Origin: Candidatus Saccharibacteria bacterium oral taxon 488
Lineage (GTDB): Bacteria; Patescibacteriota; Saccharimonadia; Saccharimonadales; Saccharimonadaceae
NCBI GenBank assembly: GCA_010202845.1
Contig: CP047921.1
Location: 720,001-752,000, forward strand
Direction of reading: 5' to 3'
DNA length: 32,000 nucleotides
Positions 25,323 through 32,000 of this stretch are shown one piece after another (the first letter of the stretch is position 1; each line of letters begins with the position of its first letter). The notes beneath the pieces were generated by a model. The model searched no databases. It had not been told where the DNA came from and saw nothing but the letters and a program-made list of their open reading frames with translations. The position numbers and the translations under genes were made by a program.

Positions 25323-25967
25323 ATGCACGAGACAACCATCCTCTGCTTTGGTGATTCCAACACCTTTGGGCAGCGGCCCGATACGAACGCGCGATATGAC
25401 AAGTCGGTGCGCTGGCCGCGGCGACTGGGGGCGCTGCTAGCGGACGAGGCGCGCCAATATTATATCATCGAGGAGGGGCTGGGTGGTCGGCGGACTGACC
25501 TTGATCATCCCAATCCAGCCAAGCCGTCGAGAAATGGCTGGACGTATTTTCCGCCGTGCCTGGCCAGTCATCAGCCCGACATCGCCATCATCATGCTGGG
25601 AACAAATGATGCCCAGATTTGCCACCAGCGACCAGCCGAGGCGATCGTGACGACACTGGCACGTTACGTAACCTGTTGTCATGAGTCGGACGTCACGCCG
25701 CTGCTCGTTGCGCCGCTCATTCCAGACCCTGCTGGACTGTTTAACGAGGCAATCGTACCGCGATCGGCGTGGCACTTTGATGATACAGCCGTGGCGACAC
25801 TAACTGCACTACCTGAAAAAATTCGAACCTATGCTACTAAATATAATGTTGCGTTTTTCGACGCCAACACATATGCCGAGGCCGGTGTAGACGGGCTACA
25901 CTGGACAGCAGCAGGTCACGAGCGATTTGCCCGAGCAATCGCCCAGATGATACGTGAAATCGCGTAG
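25323..25967 (+). CDS. SGNH/GDSL-family hydrolase (arylesterase/lipase-like)
   Basis: Block I ILCFGDSNTFG, block III MLGTNDA and block V DGLHWT. Start is set at MHETT (25323), next to the -10 box. Confidence 0.85.
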   Translation: MHETTILCFGDSNTFGQRPDTNARYDKSVRWPRRLGALLADEARQYYIIEEGLGGRRTDLDHPNPAKPSRNGWTYFPPCLASHQPDIAIIMLGTNDAQICHQRPAEAIVTTLARYVTCCHESDVTPLLVAPLIPDPAGLFNEAIVPRSAWHFDDTAVATLTALPEKIRTYATKYNVAFFDANTYAEAGVDGLHWTAAGHERFARAIAQMIREIA

Positions 25968-25972
25968 AATAC

Positions 25973-26290
25973 TCAAACGTCAGTTAGTTTGATGTCTTCG
26001 ATTTCGCTGGGCCCTACCCAATAGACTCGATCGCCAGCCTCGAAAATAGGCGCCGCTGCTGCCACTAACACTGAGGAAATTCGTTCCTCTGTTAACCCCT
26101 TAAAGGCTGGATTTTTGAAAAAATCAGCTCTTTTTATACCAGCATCACCGGCACGACGTAGGATAAACTTCGCCACTTCACTAATATTGGCGTCAGCCGG
26201 AGAAGCCTCGGGCTGACGCAGGGTGTCCCACCCCCCATGTTCTTGAGGTAGTAATTTCTTCGTCGGCATAGTTAGCATCATTTCGCTCAT
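25973..26290 (-). CDS. hypothetical protein, 105 aa
   Basis: ORF with a strong GAGGAGGA Shine-Dalgarno 11 nt upstream. No recognisable domain. Confidence 0.55.
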   Translation of the reverse strand: MSEMMLTMPTKKLLPQEHGGWDTLRQPEASPADANISEVAKFILRRAGDAGIKRADFFKNPAFKGLTEERISSVLVAAAAPIFEAGDRVYWVGPSEIEDIKLTDV

Positions 26291-26425
26291 AGCTATCTAT
26301 ATCCTCCTCAATATTATTTTCACAAGTATATCATCGTATCGTCAACTCTTGCAATAGCGTGCGCAATATGTCATCCACATATTAAAGCACCGCGGCCCAT
26401 ACAGACCGCGGATAAAAAACAATTC

Positions 26426-26502
26426 TGGTAGCACCGGGTGGACCCGAACCACCGACCTCAGGCTTATGAGTCCTGCGCTCTAACCAGCTGAGCTACGGTG
26501 CC
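26426..26502 (-). tRNA. tRNA with anticodon CAT, elongator tRNA-Met-like (tRNA-Ile2/lysidine not excluded)
   Basis: The minus strand reads GGCACCGTAGCTCAGCTGGTTAGAGCGCAGGACTCATAAGCCTGAGGTCGGTGGTTCGGGTCCACCCGGTGCTACCA. It folds as a cloverleaf with a GTTCGGGTC T-loop and an encoded CCA. Confidence 0.9.
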
Positions 26503-26619
26503 ACACGTCACCAATTGTACCAAACGAGTCAGAAAATCTCAACCGCCTCGAGAACCTACTCATCAGGCGGGGCCTAAACTGCTAATCAAATAAGGCCAGG
26601 CAAGTTTCGCCCCCGGCGA

Positions 26620-26778
26620 CTAGGCCACCAGCTCCACGCCTTCTTCGTCCAGCAGTTCCAGTCGCCGCATCACCAACGAACGTAGCTCCTCGCACGTCCG
26701 CCGGCGCTGCCATGTCCGCAGCTGGTCGTTATTGACCGCGTCTAAAAATTGCCCAAGCTCGTGCTCAGTGATATCCAT
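26620..26778 (-). CDS. possible small protein, 52 aa (below the ORF-track cutoff)
   Basis: ATG at 26776-26778 with GAAAGG about 8 nt upstream. Translation is MDITEHELGQFLDAVNNDQLRTWQRRRTCEELRSLVMRRLELLDEEGVELVA*, ending at TAG 26620-26622. No homology can be assessed. Confidence 0.25.
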   Translation of the reverse strand: MDITEHELGQFLDAVNNDQLRTWQRRRTCEELRSLVMRRLELLDEEGVELVA

Positions 26779-26941
26779 ATTGTCGCCTTTCTGTGTTTGT
26801 TAAACCGTGGCTTTACTATAGCACACATTTGACATAAGTGCAATAGTATGACAGCTCGTATAACCACTCGCCCAATACTCCCATCGGCTTCCCTCGGCAA
26901 ACCGCTTGTGATAAACTGGAGGGAGAGGATTTTACACAAAC

Positions 26942-27673
26942 ATGACCCCGGCTATTATTTCATCACTTGCCATCGTCGCCTTCTCGGCACTGATCCACGC
27001 TAGTTTTCAGCTCAGCGTCAGCGTCTTGACTTTGCTCAGCGGCCATTCCCTCGGCAAGCAAACCGCCCACCGAAAAGTATTGCGACTGATGAACGGATTC
27101 GTGTGCGGAGTGTTGGTACTGACAGTACTGCTGATATCGGCGATCGTCTACTATCTGTCACTGGTTATTCATCACGCCGCTCAGGTCGAGCAGCTGGTGG
27201 CGGCCATCGTCTGCGGGCTGATGGTTGGATTGGGCGTGGCGACCTGGGCGGTGTACTACCGACGGGGCGAAGGTACAGCCTTGTGGCTACCGCGCAGCTT
27301 CGCGACCTATCTATCAAAGCGCTCAAAAGCGACGCGTCACAGCGCCGAGGCCTTTAGTCTCGGGATGGCGAGCGTGGTGGCCGAATTACTGTTCATCATC
27401 GGGCCGATGGCGGCAGCGGGCCTCGCAACCGTCCTACTACCATCAACCGAGTGGCGCCTCATCGCCATCGCCCTCTACGTCGTCATATCACTGCTATCAC
27501 TGGTCGTCGTCTTAGTGTTGGTCGGTAGCGGCCATTCCCTCGCCCACCTACAACAGTGGCGGATGGCACATAAACGTTTCTTGCAATTTGCAGCTGGCGG
27601 CAGCTTGATCATCTTGGGCGGCTTTTTGTTCGTTGATCGAGTACTTGGCATCGTCAGCTATGGAGGTTTTTAA
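26942..27673 (+). CDS. hypothetical integral membrane protein (about 6 TM helices), first gene of a 4-gene operon
   Basis: 243 aa and hydrophobic, with GGAGGGAGAGGA upstream. Its stop overlaps the next start (TAATG). Confidence 0.65.
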   Translation: MTPAIISSLAIVAFSALIHASFQLSVSVLTLLSGHSLGKQTAHRKVLRLMNGFVCGVLVLTVLLISAIVYYLSLVIHHAAQVEQLVAAIVCGLMVGLGVATWAVYYRRGEGTALWLPRSFATYLSKRSKATRHSAEAFSLGMASVVAELLFIIGPMAAAGLATVLLPSTEWRLIAIALYVVISLLSLVVVLVLVGSGHSLAHLQQWRMAHKRFLQFAAGGSLIILGGFLFVDRVLGIVSYGGF

Positions 27674-27972
27674 TGTCAGAAGGGCACCCAAACCGACCAA
27701 CCATCGATGTCGTCAAGCGCGGCAAGCGACCGAGCGAAGAGTTTGACCCGACAAAACTCCACCACTCTATCCTGGCGACCTGCCTGAGTATCCGCACACC
27801 CGAAGGCCAAGCTGACGACATCGCCAAGTCAGTCACCCTCGGCGTGATGAGTTGGTGCGAGACCCGGCCAGAAATTACCACAAACGACATCCGACACCGC
27901 GCGACGCAGCTGCTGCAGAAACTACACACCGACGCAGCATTTGTTTATCAACACCATAAGACGATCATGTAG
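27673..27972 (+). CDS. stand-alone ATP-cone domain protein
   Basis: 99 aa. IDVVKRGKRPSEEFDPTKLHHSI...ITTNDIRHRATQLLQKL...AAFVYQHH follows the ATP-cone consensus (VxKRdGr.E.Fd.dKl..si ... i.d.v...L...a..Y). GGAGG RBS. Confidence 0.75.
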   Translation: MSEGHPNRPTIDVVKRGKRPSEEFDPTKLHHSILATCLSIRTPEGQADDIAKSVTLGVMSWCETRPEITTNDIRHRATQLLQKLHTDAAFVYQHHKTIM

Positions 27973-27979
27973 GGGGCAC

Positions 27980-29356
27980 ATGGCACAAAAACCAACTTTT
28001 GACTATGATGTAATTGTTATCGGCAGCGGGGCCGGCGGTTCACCAGCCGCAACTGTCTTGGCGCGCGCTGGCAAGAAAGTCGCCATCATTGAGCGCGGTA
28101 CCTTTGGCGGCGAATCCCCAAACTGGGGCGACATTCCGACGGGCGCCCTACTCTACACTGCCGACGTCTACCACGAGGCCAAAACAGCGGCCAAGTTCGG
28201 CCTGCGCACCAGCACGGTCGGCTATAATTATCCTTCGCTACTCGCCTGGAAAGACACCGCCATCAAGCGCACCGGCACCGGCGGCAACCGCAGTTACTAC
28301 GAGAAACAAGGCATCAGCGTCTTTACCGGTAGCGCCCACTTTCTCAGTCCCAACGAGATTACCGTTAATCGCCGCCACTTATCAGCGCGCAAATTCCTGA
28401 TCGCCAGCGGCTCAACCTGGCGCGATGATCACATCCCGGGCCTCGACGAAGTGGCTTATCACACGCCGCAAACCATCCTCTCGCTCAAGCGCCCGCCCAA
28501 AATACTGTTCGTTGTTGGCTCTGGCACAACGGCGATGGAGCTGGCATATTTATTCTCGACCTTTGGCAGCAAGGTGTATGTCGCCGAGACCGCCGGGCGT
28601 ATCTTGCCCGAGTTTGACCAAGAAGTTGGCGAACTGATCGCCGCTGATGCCAAGGCACAGCGCGGCATGAACATCCTCACCCAGACAAAGCTGGTCGCCG
28701 TCCAGAAAGACGGCATCGCAAAGCGCGTCACCTACGCTCGTGGCGGCCAGCAGCATTCAGTGCGCGTTGATGAAATCCTCATCGCCGACGACCGCCTACC
28801 GACGACCGACATTGGCCTAGAAAATGCGGGCGTAGCATATACTGAACATGGCATTCAAGTCAGCGAAGCGATGCAGACTTCGGCGCGGCACATCTTTGCG
28901 GCTGGCAGCGTCGTTGACCTTCAGGCACAGACACACACCATTCTCAGCCACAGCCGCACCGCTGCACACAACTTACTACACCGTAATTTCATCGCGCTTG
29001 ACGATAGGCCGCGTTTGACGATCGCCTTCACCGACCCGCAGATCGCCCGAACGGGACTAGACGAGGACGACTGTCTGCGCCGCGATTTGAAAGTAAGTAT
29101 TGCCCTTGCGCCACTGACCTTGACCGCTCGCAGCAACATCACCGACCGACGCAGTGGGTTTGTCAAATTGATCAGCGACAAAAAAGGCGTCCTGCTCGGC
29201 GCCACCATCGTCGCACCGGGCGCCAGCGACTTGATGACCGGCCTCAGCCTCGCCATCCGTCACGGCCTAACCGCCAAACAATTGATGAGCACACCAAATT
29301 GTTTCGTTGCCTGGTCAGAGGCGGTACGCATTGCGGCGGGGAAATTGGCAGCGTGA
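27980..29356 (+). CDS. class-I pyridine nucleotide-disulfide oxidoreductase homologue lacking the redox-active cysteine pair
   Basis: FAD site DVIVIGSGAGGS and NAD site FVVGSGTTAMELA. Where lipoamide dehydrogenase and glutathione reductase have GGTCLNVGCIPSK, this protein has GGESPNWGDIPTG. The C-terminal HPT..E motif is also absent. Confidence 0.8.
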   Translation: MAQKPTFDYDVIVIGSGAGGSPAATVLARAGKKVAIIERGTFGGESPNWGDIPTGALLYTADVYHEAKTAAKFGLRTSTVGYNYPSLLAWKDTAIKRTGTGGNRSYYEKQGISVFTGSAHFLSPNEITVNRRHLSARKFLIASGSTWRDDHIPGLDEVAYHTPQTILSLKRPPKILFVVGSGTTAMELAYLFSTFGSKVYVAETAGRILPEFDQEVGELIAADAKAQRGMNILTQTKLVAVQKDGIAKRVTYARGGQQHSVRVDEILIADDRLPTTDIGLENAGVAYTEHGIQVSEAMQTSARHIFAAGSVVDLQAQTHTILSHSRTAAHNLLHRNFIALDDRPRLTIAFTDPQIARTGLDEDDCLRRDLKVSIALAPLTLTARSNITDRRSGFVKLISDKKGVLLGATIVAPGASDLMTGLSLAIRHGLTAKQLMSTPNCFVAWSEAVRIAAGKLAA

Positions 29357-29376
29357 TGGTAAGGAGTAAATACTCC

Positions 29377-29676
29377 ATGACTATGGTATCAGTAGGAGAA
29401 GAGAGCGAAGCGAAGAACATCGCCAAAGCTCTCGTCGAGCAAAAACTGGCCGCGTGTGTGCAGCTGCTGCCGATTCAGTCAACCTACATTTGGCAAGGAA
29501 ATTTTGAATGCGATGCAGAGATCTTGATGCTTATCAAGTCGCGCAAAGATGACTTTGTGGCAATTGAAAGAGTAGTCAGGTCGCTCCATAGCTATGACGT
29601 AGCAGAGATAATCTCATTTGATATTACTGCTGGATCACAGCTATACCTTGACTGGATCGATGAGACATGTAGATGA
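29377..29676 (+). CDS. cutA: CutA1 divalent-cation tolerance protein
   Basis: KLAACVQLLPIQSTYIWQGNFECDAEILMLIKS...HSYDVAEI matches the CutA1 family. Start is set at ATG 29377, 10 nt after AAGGAG. Confidence 0.85.
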   Translation: MTMVSVGEESEAKNIAKALVEQKLAACVQLLPIQSTYIWQGNFECDAEILMLIKSRKDDFVAIERVVRSLHSYDVAEIISFDITAGSQLYLDWIDETCR

Positions 29677-29679
29677 ATG

Positions 29680-30234
29680 CTAAACAAGAGCATTCTCAAC
29701 AATGTATTGAGAGGCCTCTGCAAATTTCTCTTTCCACAGACAATCCTTTAAGGCCGCACCCCCGAGAAGCTTCCTTCTAACACTGAAAAAAGTTAATAAG
29801 TCCCAGGGATCGGGCTTCTCCCCGTCCAAACGTTGCATCTGCACATCATGGAGTAAACCTACCAACGGCGATACTCTATTACTATCAAACTGAAAGGTCG
29901 GATAAAGGTGATATCCGTGATCAGGAACTGCAAGAACGCTACCGCGGCGCACCGCAGCAAGTGTAATGCTGGAAGCATACTCCCCACCACCAAGCTCTTT
30001 GACTGCCTCTTCTGTCGTCAGGAATTGATTTTCTTTCAAGAGTTGATTTCTCGCCTCATTGGCGCGTGCAATTGCCCCGAGGTACATCTGATACCCTGGC
30101 GACCTCGAATTACTCAAACCATCAGGACAGCCCTCTCTAAAATCTCTATCAATCTGATTCCTCCACTGAGCATCGATTTCTGAAGGAAACTGTCTAGCGG
30201 GTAGTTGAGGCAATGAACTTAGACGCTCTGTCAT
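29680..30234 (-). CDS. hypothetical protein, C terminus faintly resembling the Xre/MbcA/ParS antitoxin toxin-binding (DUF2384-like) domain
   Basis: 184 aa. The C-terminal PWDLLTFFSVRRKLLGGAALKDCL resembles the W...LgG..P.d.l pattern. TGCTATATT lies 8 nt upstream of the ATG. The family call is weak. Confidence 0.4.
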   Translation of the reverse strand: MTERLSSLPQLPARQFPSEIDAQWRNQIDRDFREGCPDGLSNSRSPGYQMYLGAIARANEARNQLLKENQFLTTEEAVKELGGGEYASSITLAAVRRGSVLAVPDHGYHLYPTFQFDSNRVSPLVGLLHDVQMQRLDGEKPDPWDLLTFFSVRRKLLGGAALKDCLWKEKFAEASQYIVENALV

Positions 30235-30242
30235 GATGTTCT

Positions 30243-30251
30243 AATATAGCA
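30243..30251 (-). promoter_or_regulatory. extended -10 box TGCTATATT, 8 nt upstream of ATG 30234 (leaderless)
   Basis: The minus strand reads TGCTATATT-AGAACATC-ATG. Confidence 0.4.
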
Positions 30252-30363
30252 TGACCAGGTCAAAAAGGCTAGACGTAGCCACCCCAGCCAATTTACACCA
30301 CGACTTCACATGTATCAAAAACAAAAACGACCTCAACTCATGAGGCCGAAAAATCAATAAACA

Positions 30364-30440
30364 TGGTTGCGGGGGTAGGATTTGAACCTACGACCTTTTG
30401 GTTATGAGCCAAACGAGCTACCAGGCTGCTCTACCCCGCG
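30364..30440 (-). tRNA. initiator tRNA-fMet (anticodon CAT)
   Basis: The minus strand reads CGCGGGGTAGAGCAGCCTGGTAGCTCGTTTGGCTCATAACCAAAAGGTCGTAGGTTCAAATCCTACCCCCGCAACCA. It closely resembles E. coli tRNA-fMet, including the C1xA72 mismatch, and encodes CCA. Confidence 0.93.
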
Positions 30441-30468
30441 GCACATTGTCCATCTTAGCAAACACGAA

Positions 30469-30909
30469 TTATTTTTGCAAGCTCTGACTCGTCCGCCGCG
30501 CACCAAAGAGGAAATTGATCCACTGCTGGAAGTTACTGGTCGGTTGCTTTTGCGGCGTGGTTTGGGCGGTCGGTTGCTGCTTGGCCGCGTCGGTTGACGG
30601 CACGATCAGCAGCTTTTCGCCGGGCGAGCCACGGCCCAGACGCTGGCGCACCGCGAGATCGAGGTACTCATCGCTTTCATAATATTTTGACTCATATGCC
30701 AACAGCTCGGTGCGCAATTTCTCAACCGTCAGCTGGTACTTTTTTTGATCGACCATCTGCTGCAATTCATAATTGCGCTGCATCGATTCGATCGACCCCC
30801 ACGCCCAACTCAGCGCGATCAGCGCCGCCGCCGCAACCACAACATTATTCAGCGTCAAATAATCGTGACGCACGTGGTACCAAAATCGTTTGAGTTTCAG
30901 CATGTTCAT
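30469..30909 (-). CDS. ftsB: septum formation initiator family protein (FtsB/DivIC-like)
   Basis: Single N-terminal TM helix, then a coiled coil (QRNYELQQMVDQKKYQLTVEKLRTELLAYES) and the YLDLAVRQRLG motif typical of FtsB/DivIC. It has a Gln/Thr/Pro-rich tail. Confidence 0.75.
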   Translation of the reverse strand: MNMLKLKRFWYHVRHDYLTLNNVVVAAAALIALSWAWGSIESMQRNYELQQMVDQKKYQLTVEKLRTELLAYESKYYESDEYLDLAVRQRLGRGSPGEKLLIVPSTDAAKQQPTAQTTPQKQPTSNFQQWINFLFGARRTSQSLQK

Positions 30910-31098
30910 GTTGGTTTTATCAGAAGCTATGGCTATATTATGAGGGGTCGGGTGGGGTTAGTCAAGATGAGCGGATCTGCAGATGATTTTACTGGGTGAT
31001 CATAGCATGAATGGCTAAACATTAGTAAGGGCCAAGCTGTAGGGGGCTAGTAGCAATCTAGTGAAATTACCAGTCCATTTCGGCCGCCCGTAGTAAGC

Positions 31099-31872
31099 TC
31101 AGTACACCAGTTCCATAAACTCGGAAGAGTTCACATATTCAAAATCATGTACCAGATGGTCGCTCAGGAGATTGTTAACATTCAAAGGGCGTGGCACCGC
31201 AGCACCGAGATATATAGCTGCAATGAGCGCCGTCGATAAGCTGTGGCGAAGATTGAGTACGGCAAGCTTTTCAAAAATATCCGCTTGATGTGTTTCGAGG
31301 TAGGTTTTGTGTAGCTTGGTCATCGAGCCCTTCGCGAGTTCTGGCTGCGTCACGTCAAGCCCCAGATCCTCAGCCACATCGACGAGGCGCCGGCTAGCTA
31401 TCGGCGTCAGACGATCAACATCGTACCTCGTGTCAATGACCGCTTGATTTTGCCGCCGCTCTCTCCACTTGTTGTACAGCCAATCCACTTGTTCAGTTGC
31501 AATTGGCGACGACCGTTTCAGCACTGACAAATCGGCACAGAGTTGGTGGCCTGCAAAGGTCACGCTGGACAATGTCCGCGAGGAAGCGATATCTGACTCG
31601 ATCATTTCTAGAAGCCGCGGCCCCTCGTCCTCTGATTCTAGATAGACTGACTTGAATCCAAATTCGAGCAGGCTTTGATCCTCCAGTGAATCAAAAGTTG
31701 CAAGGTCAATGATGGCCCATGAGTAGCAAAACGGTTTTGATGCTCCCCGAACCCGGAAATTCTTTGTCCACTCAACATCGAGCGCAGCAACGAGACTTCG
31801 TTCCTGACTAAACGGGCGCTCTGGGTCACCAAACGAGCGTTCCGCCCACTGCAAGTTTGTTCTCAGGTGCAT
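31099..31872 (-). CDS. hypothetical protein, possibly a DEDD-type 3'-5' exonuclease fold
   Basis: 257 aa. ALDVEWT (DxE-like) and FAGHQLCADLSVL (Exo II-like) are spaced as in DnaQ-like exonucleases, but the third motif is not clear. AGGAGA lies upstream. Confidence 0.4.
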   Translation of the reverse strand: MHLRTNLQWAERSFGDPERPFSQERSLVAALDVEWTKNFRVRGASKPFCYSWAIIDLATFDSLEDQSLLEFGFKSVYLESEDEGPRLLEMIESDIASSRTLSSVTFAGHQLCADLSVLKRSSPIATEQVDWLYNKWRERRQNQAVIDTRYDVDRLTPIASRRLVDVAEDLGLDVTQPELAKGSMTKLHKTYLETHQADIFEKLAVLNLRHSLSTALIAAIYLGAAVPRPLNVNNLLSDHLVHDFEYVNSSEFMELVY

Positions 31873-31905
31873 CGACTTATGTATTCTCCTAGAGACGATT
31901 TTAAC

Positions 31906-32000
31906 TCACATAGATGCTTTTACCAAGATACGGTCATAGTCGAAGAACGGCGCCAAGCCGAGGGGCATGACGTAACACTTTTGGTAGCCTAGATCGCTAA
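31906..32000 (-). CDS. 3' end of an unidentified CDS running in from beyond the window end
   Basis: The minus-strand frame is open from 31998 to TGA at 31906-31908 (...CYVMPLGLAPFFDYDRILVKASM*). It lies 33 nt upstream of the 257-aa gene and is probably co-transcribed with it. Confidence 0.35.
   Translation of the reverse strand, partial: SDLGYQKCYVMPLGLAPFFDYDRILVKASM

Noticed and set aside
26742-26939. 65-aa minus-strand ORF upstream of the membrane-protein operon.
   Set aside because: It has no RBS or -10 box at its start and overlaps the probable promoter/RBS region of the 26942 operon. The 52-aa ORF 26620-26778 explains the region better, though it is itself uncertain.
30382-30597. 71-aa plus-strand ORF.
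   Set aside because: It begins on the antisense strand of the initiator tRNA gene and continues antisense to ftsB. It has no translation signals.

Overview
This is a 32-kb chromosomal segment from a small-genome bacterium. Gene content and the short housekeeping proteins suggest Patescibacteria/CPR, possibly Saccharibacteria, but the taxon is inference only.

Backbone, mostly on the minus strand:
- CIRCE-controlled hrcA-grpE-dnaK
- an LssY-like membrane protein, a guanylate-kinase-like protein, a Pro/Ser-rich disordered protein and an NT5C-type nucleotidase
- lepA, murJ, ftsH, tilS and an SGNH hydrolase
- two tRNA(CAT) genes and ftsB
- a plus-strand operon: 6-TM protein, stand-alone ATP-cone, Cys-less flavoprotein disulfide-reductase homologue, CutA

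Main result: lepA (EF4) is split. Its N half (19789-20865) and C half (7404-8366) are colinear on the same strand but 11.4 kb apart. An AT-richer accessory island (8367-19788) of ten co-oriented genes separates them.

The island contains three more decayed lepA junction pieces: two copies of the N-side junction and one of the C-side junction. These divide it into four cargo modules, so this one site in lepA has probably been occupied repeatedly.

No integrase or transposase is visible. The only nuclease-like gene is a GIY-YIG/T5orf172 protein next to one internal junction.

Island cargo:
- three large ORFans: 803 aa; 567 aa with four tandem HTH-like modules; 871 aa with near-identical 81/84-bp tandem repeats and a kinase-like C terminus
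- a MazG-like pyrophosphohydrolase
- an Acg-type nitroreductase
- a YdcF/DUF218 protein
- a membrane protein

These are the best candidates for an undescribed system, but no function can be assigned from sequence alone.

Many genes, including the lepA C half, have an extended -10 box (TGnTAnAAT) 6-11 nt upstream of the ATG and no Shine-Dalgarno. This implies leaderless mRNAs.

No CRISPR array, rRNA or recognisable transposase was found. All family calls come from reading motifs by eye; no searches were run.
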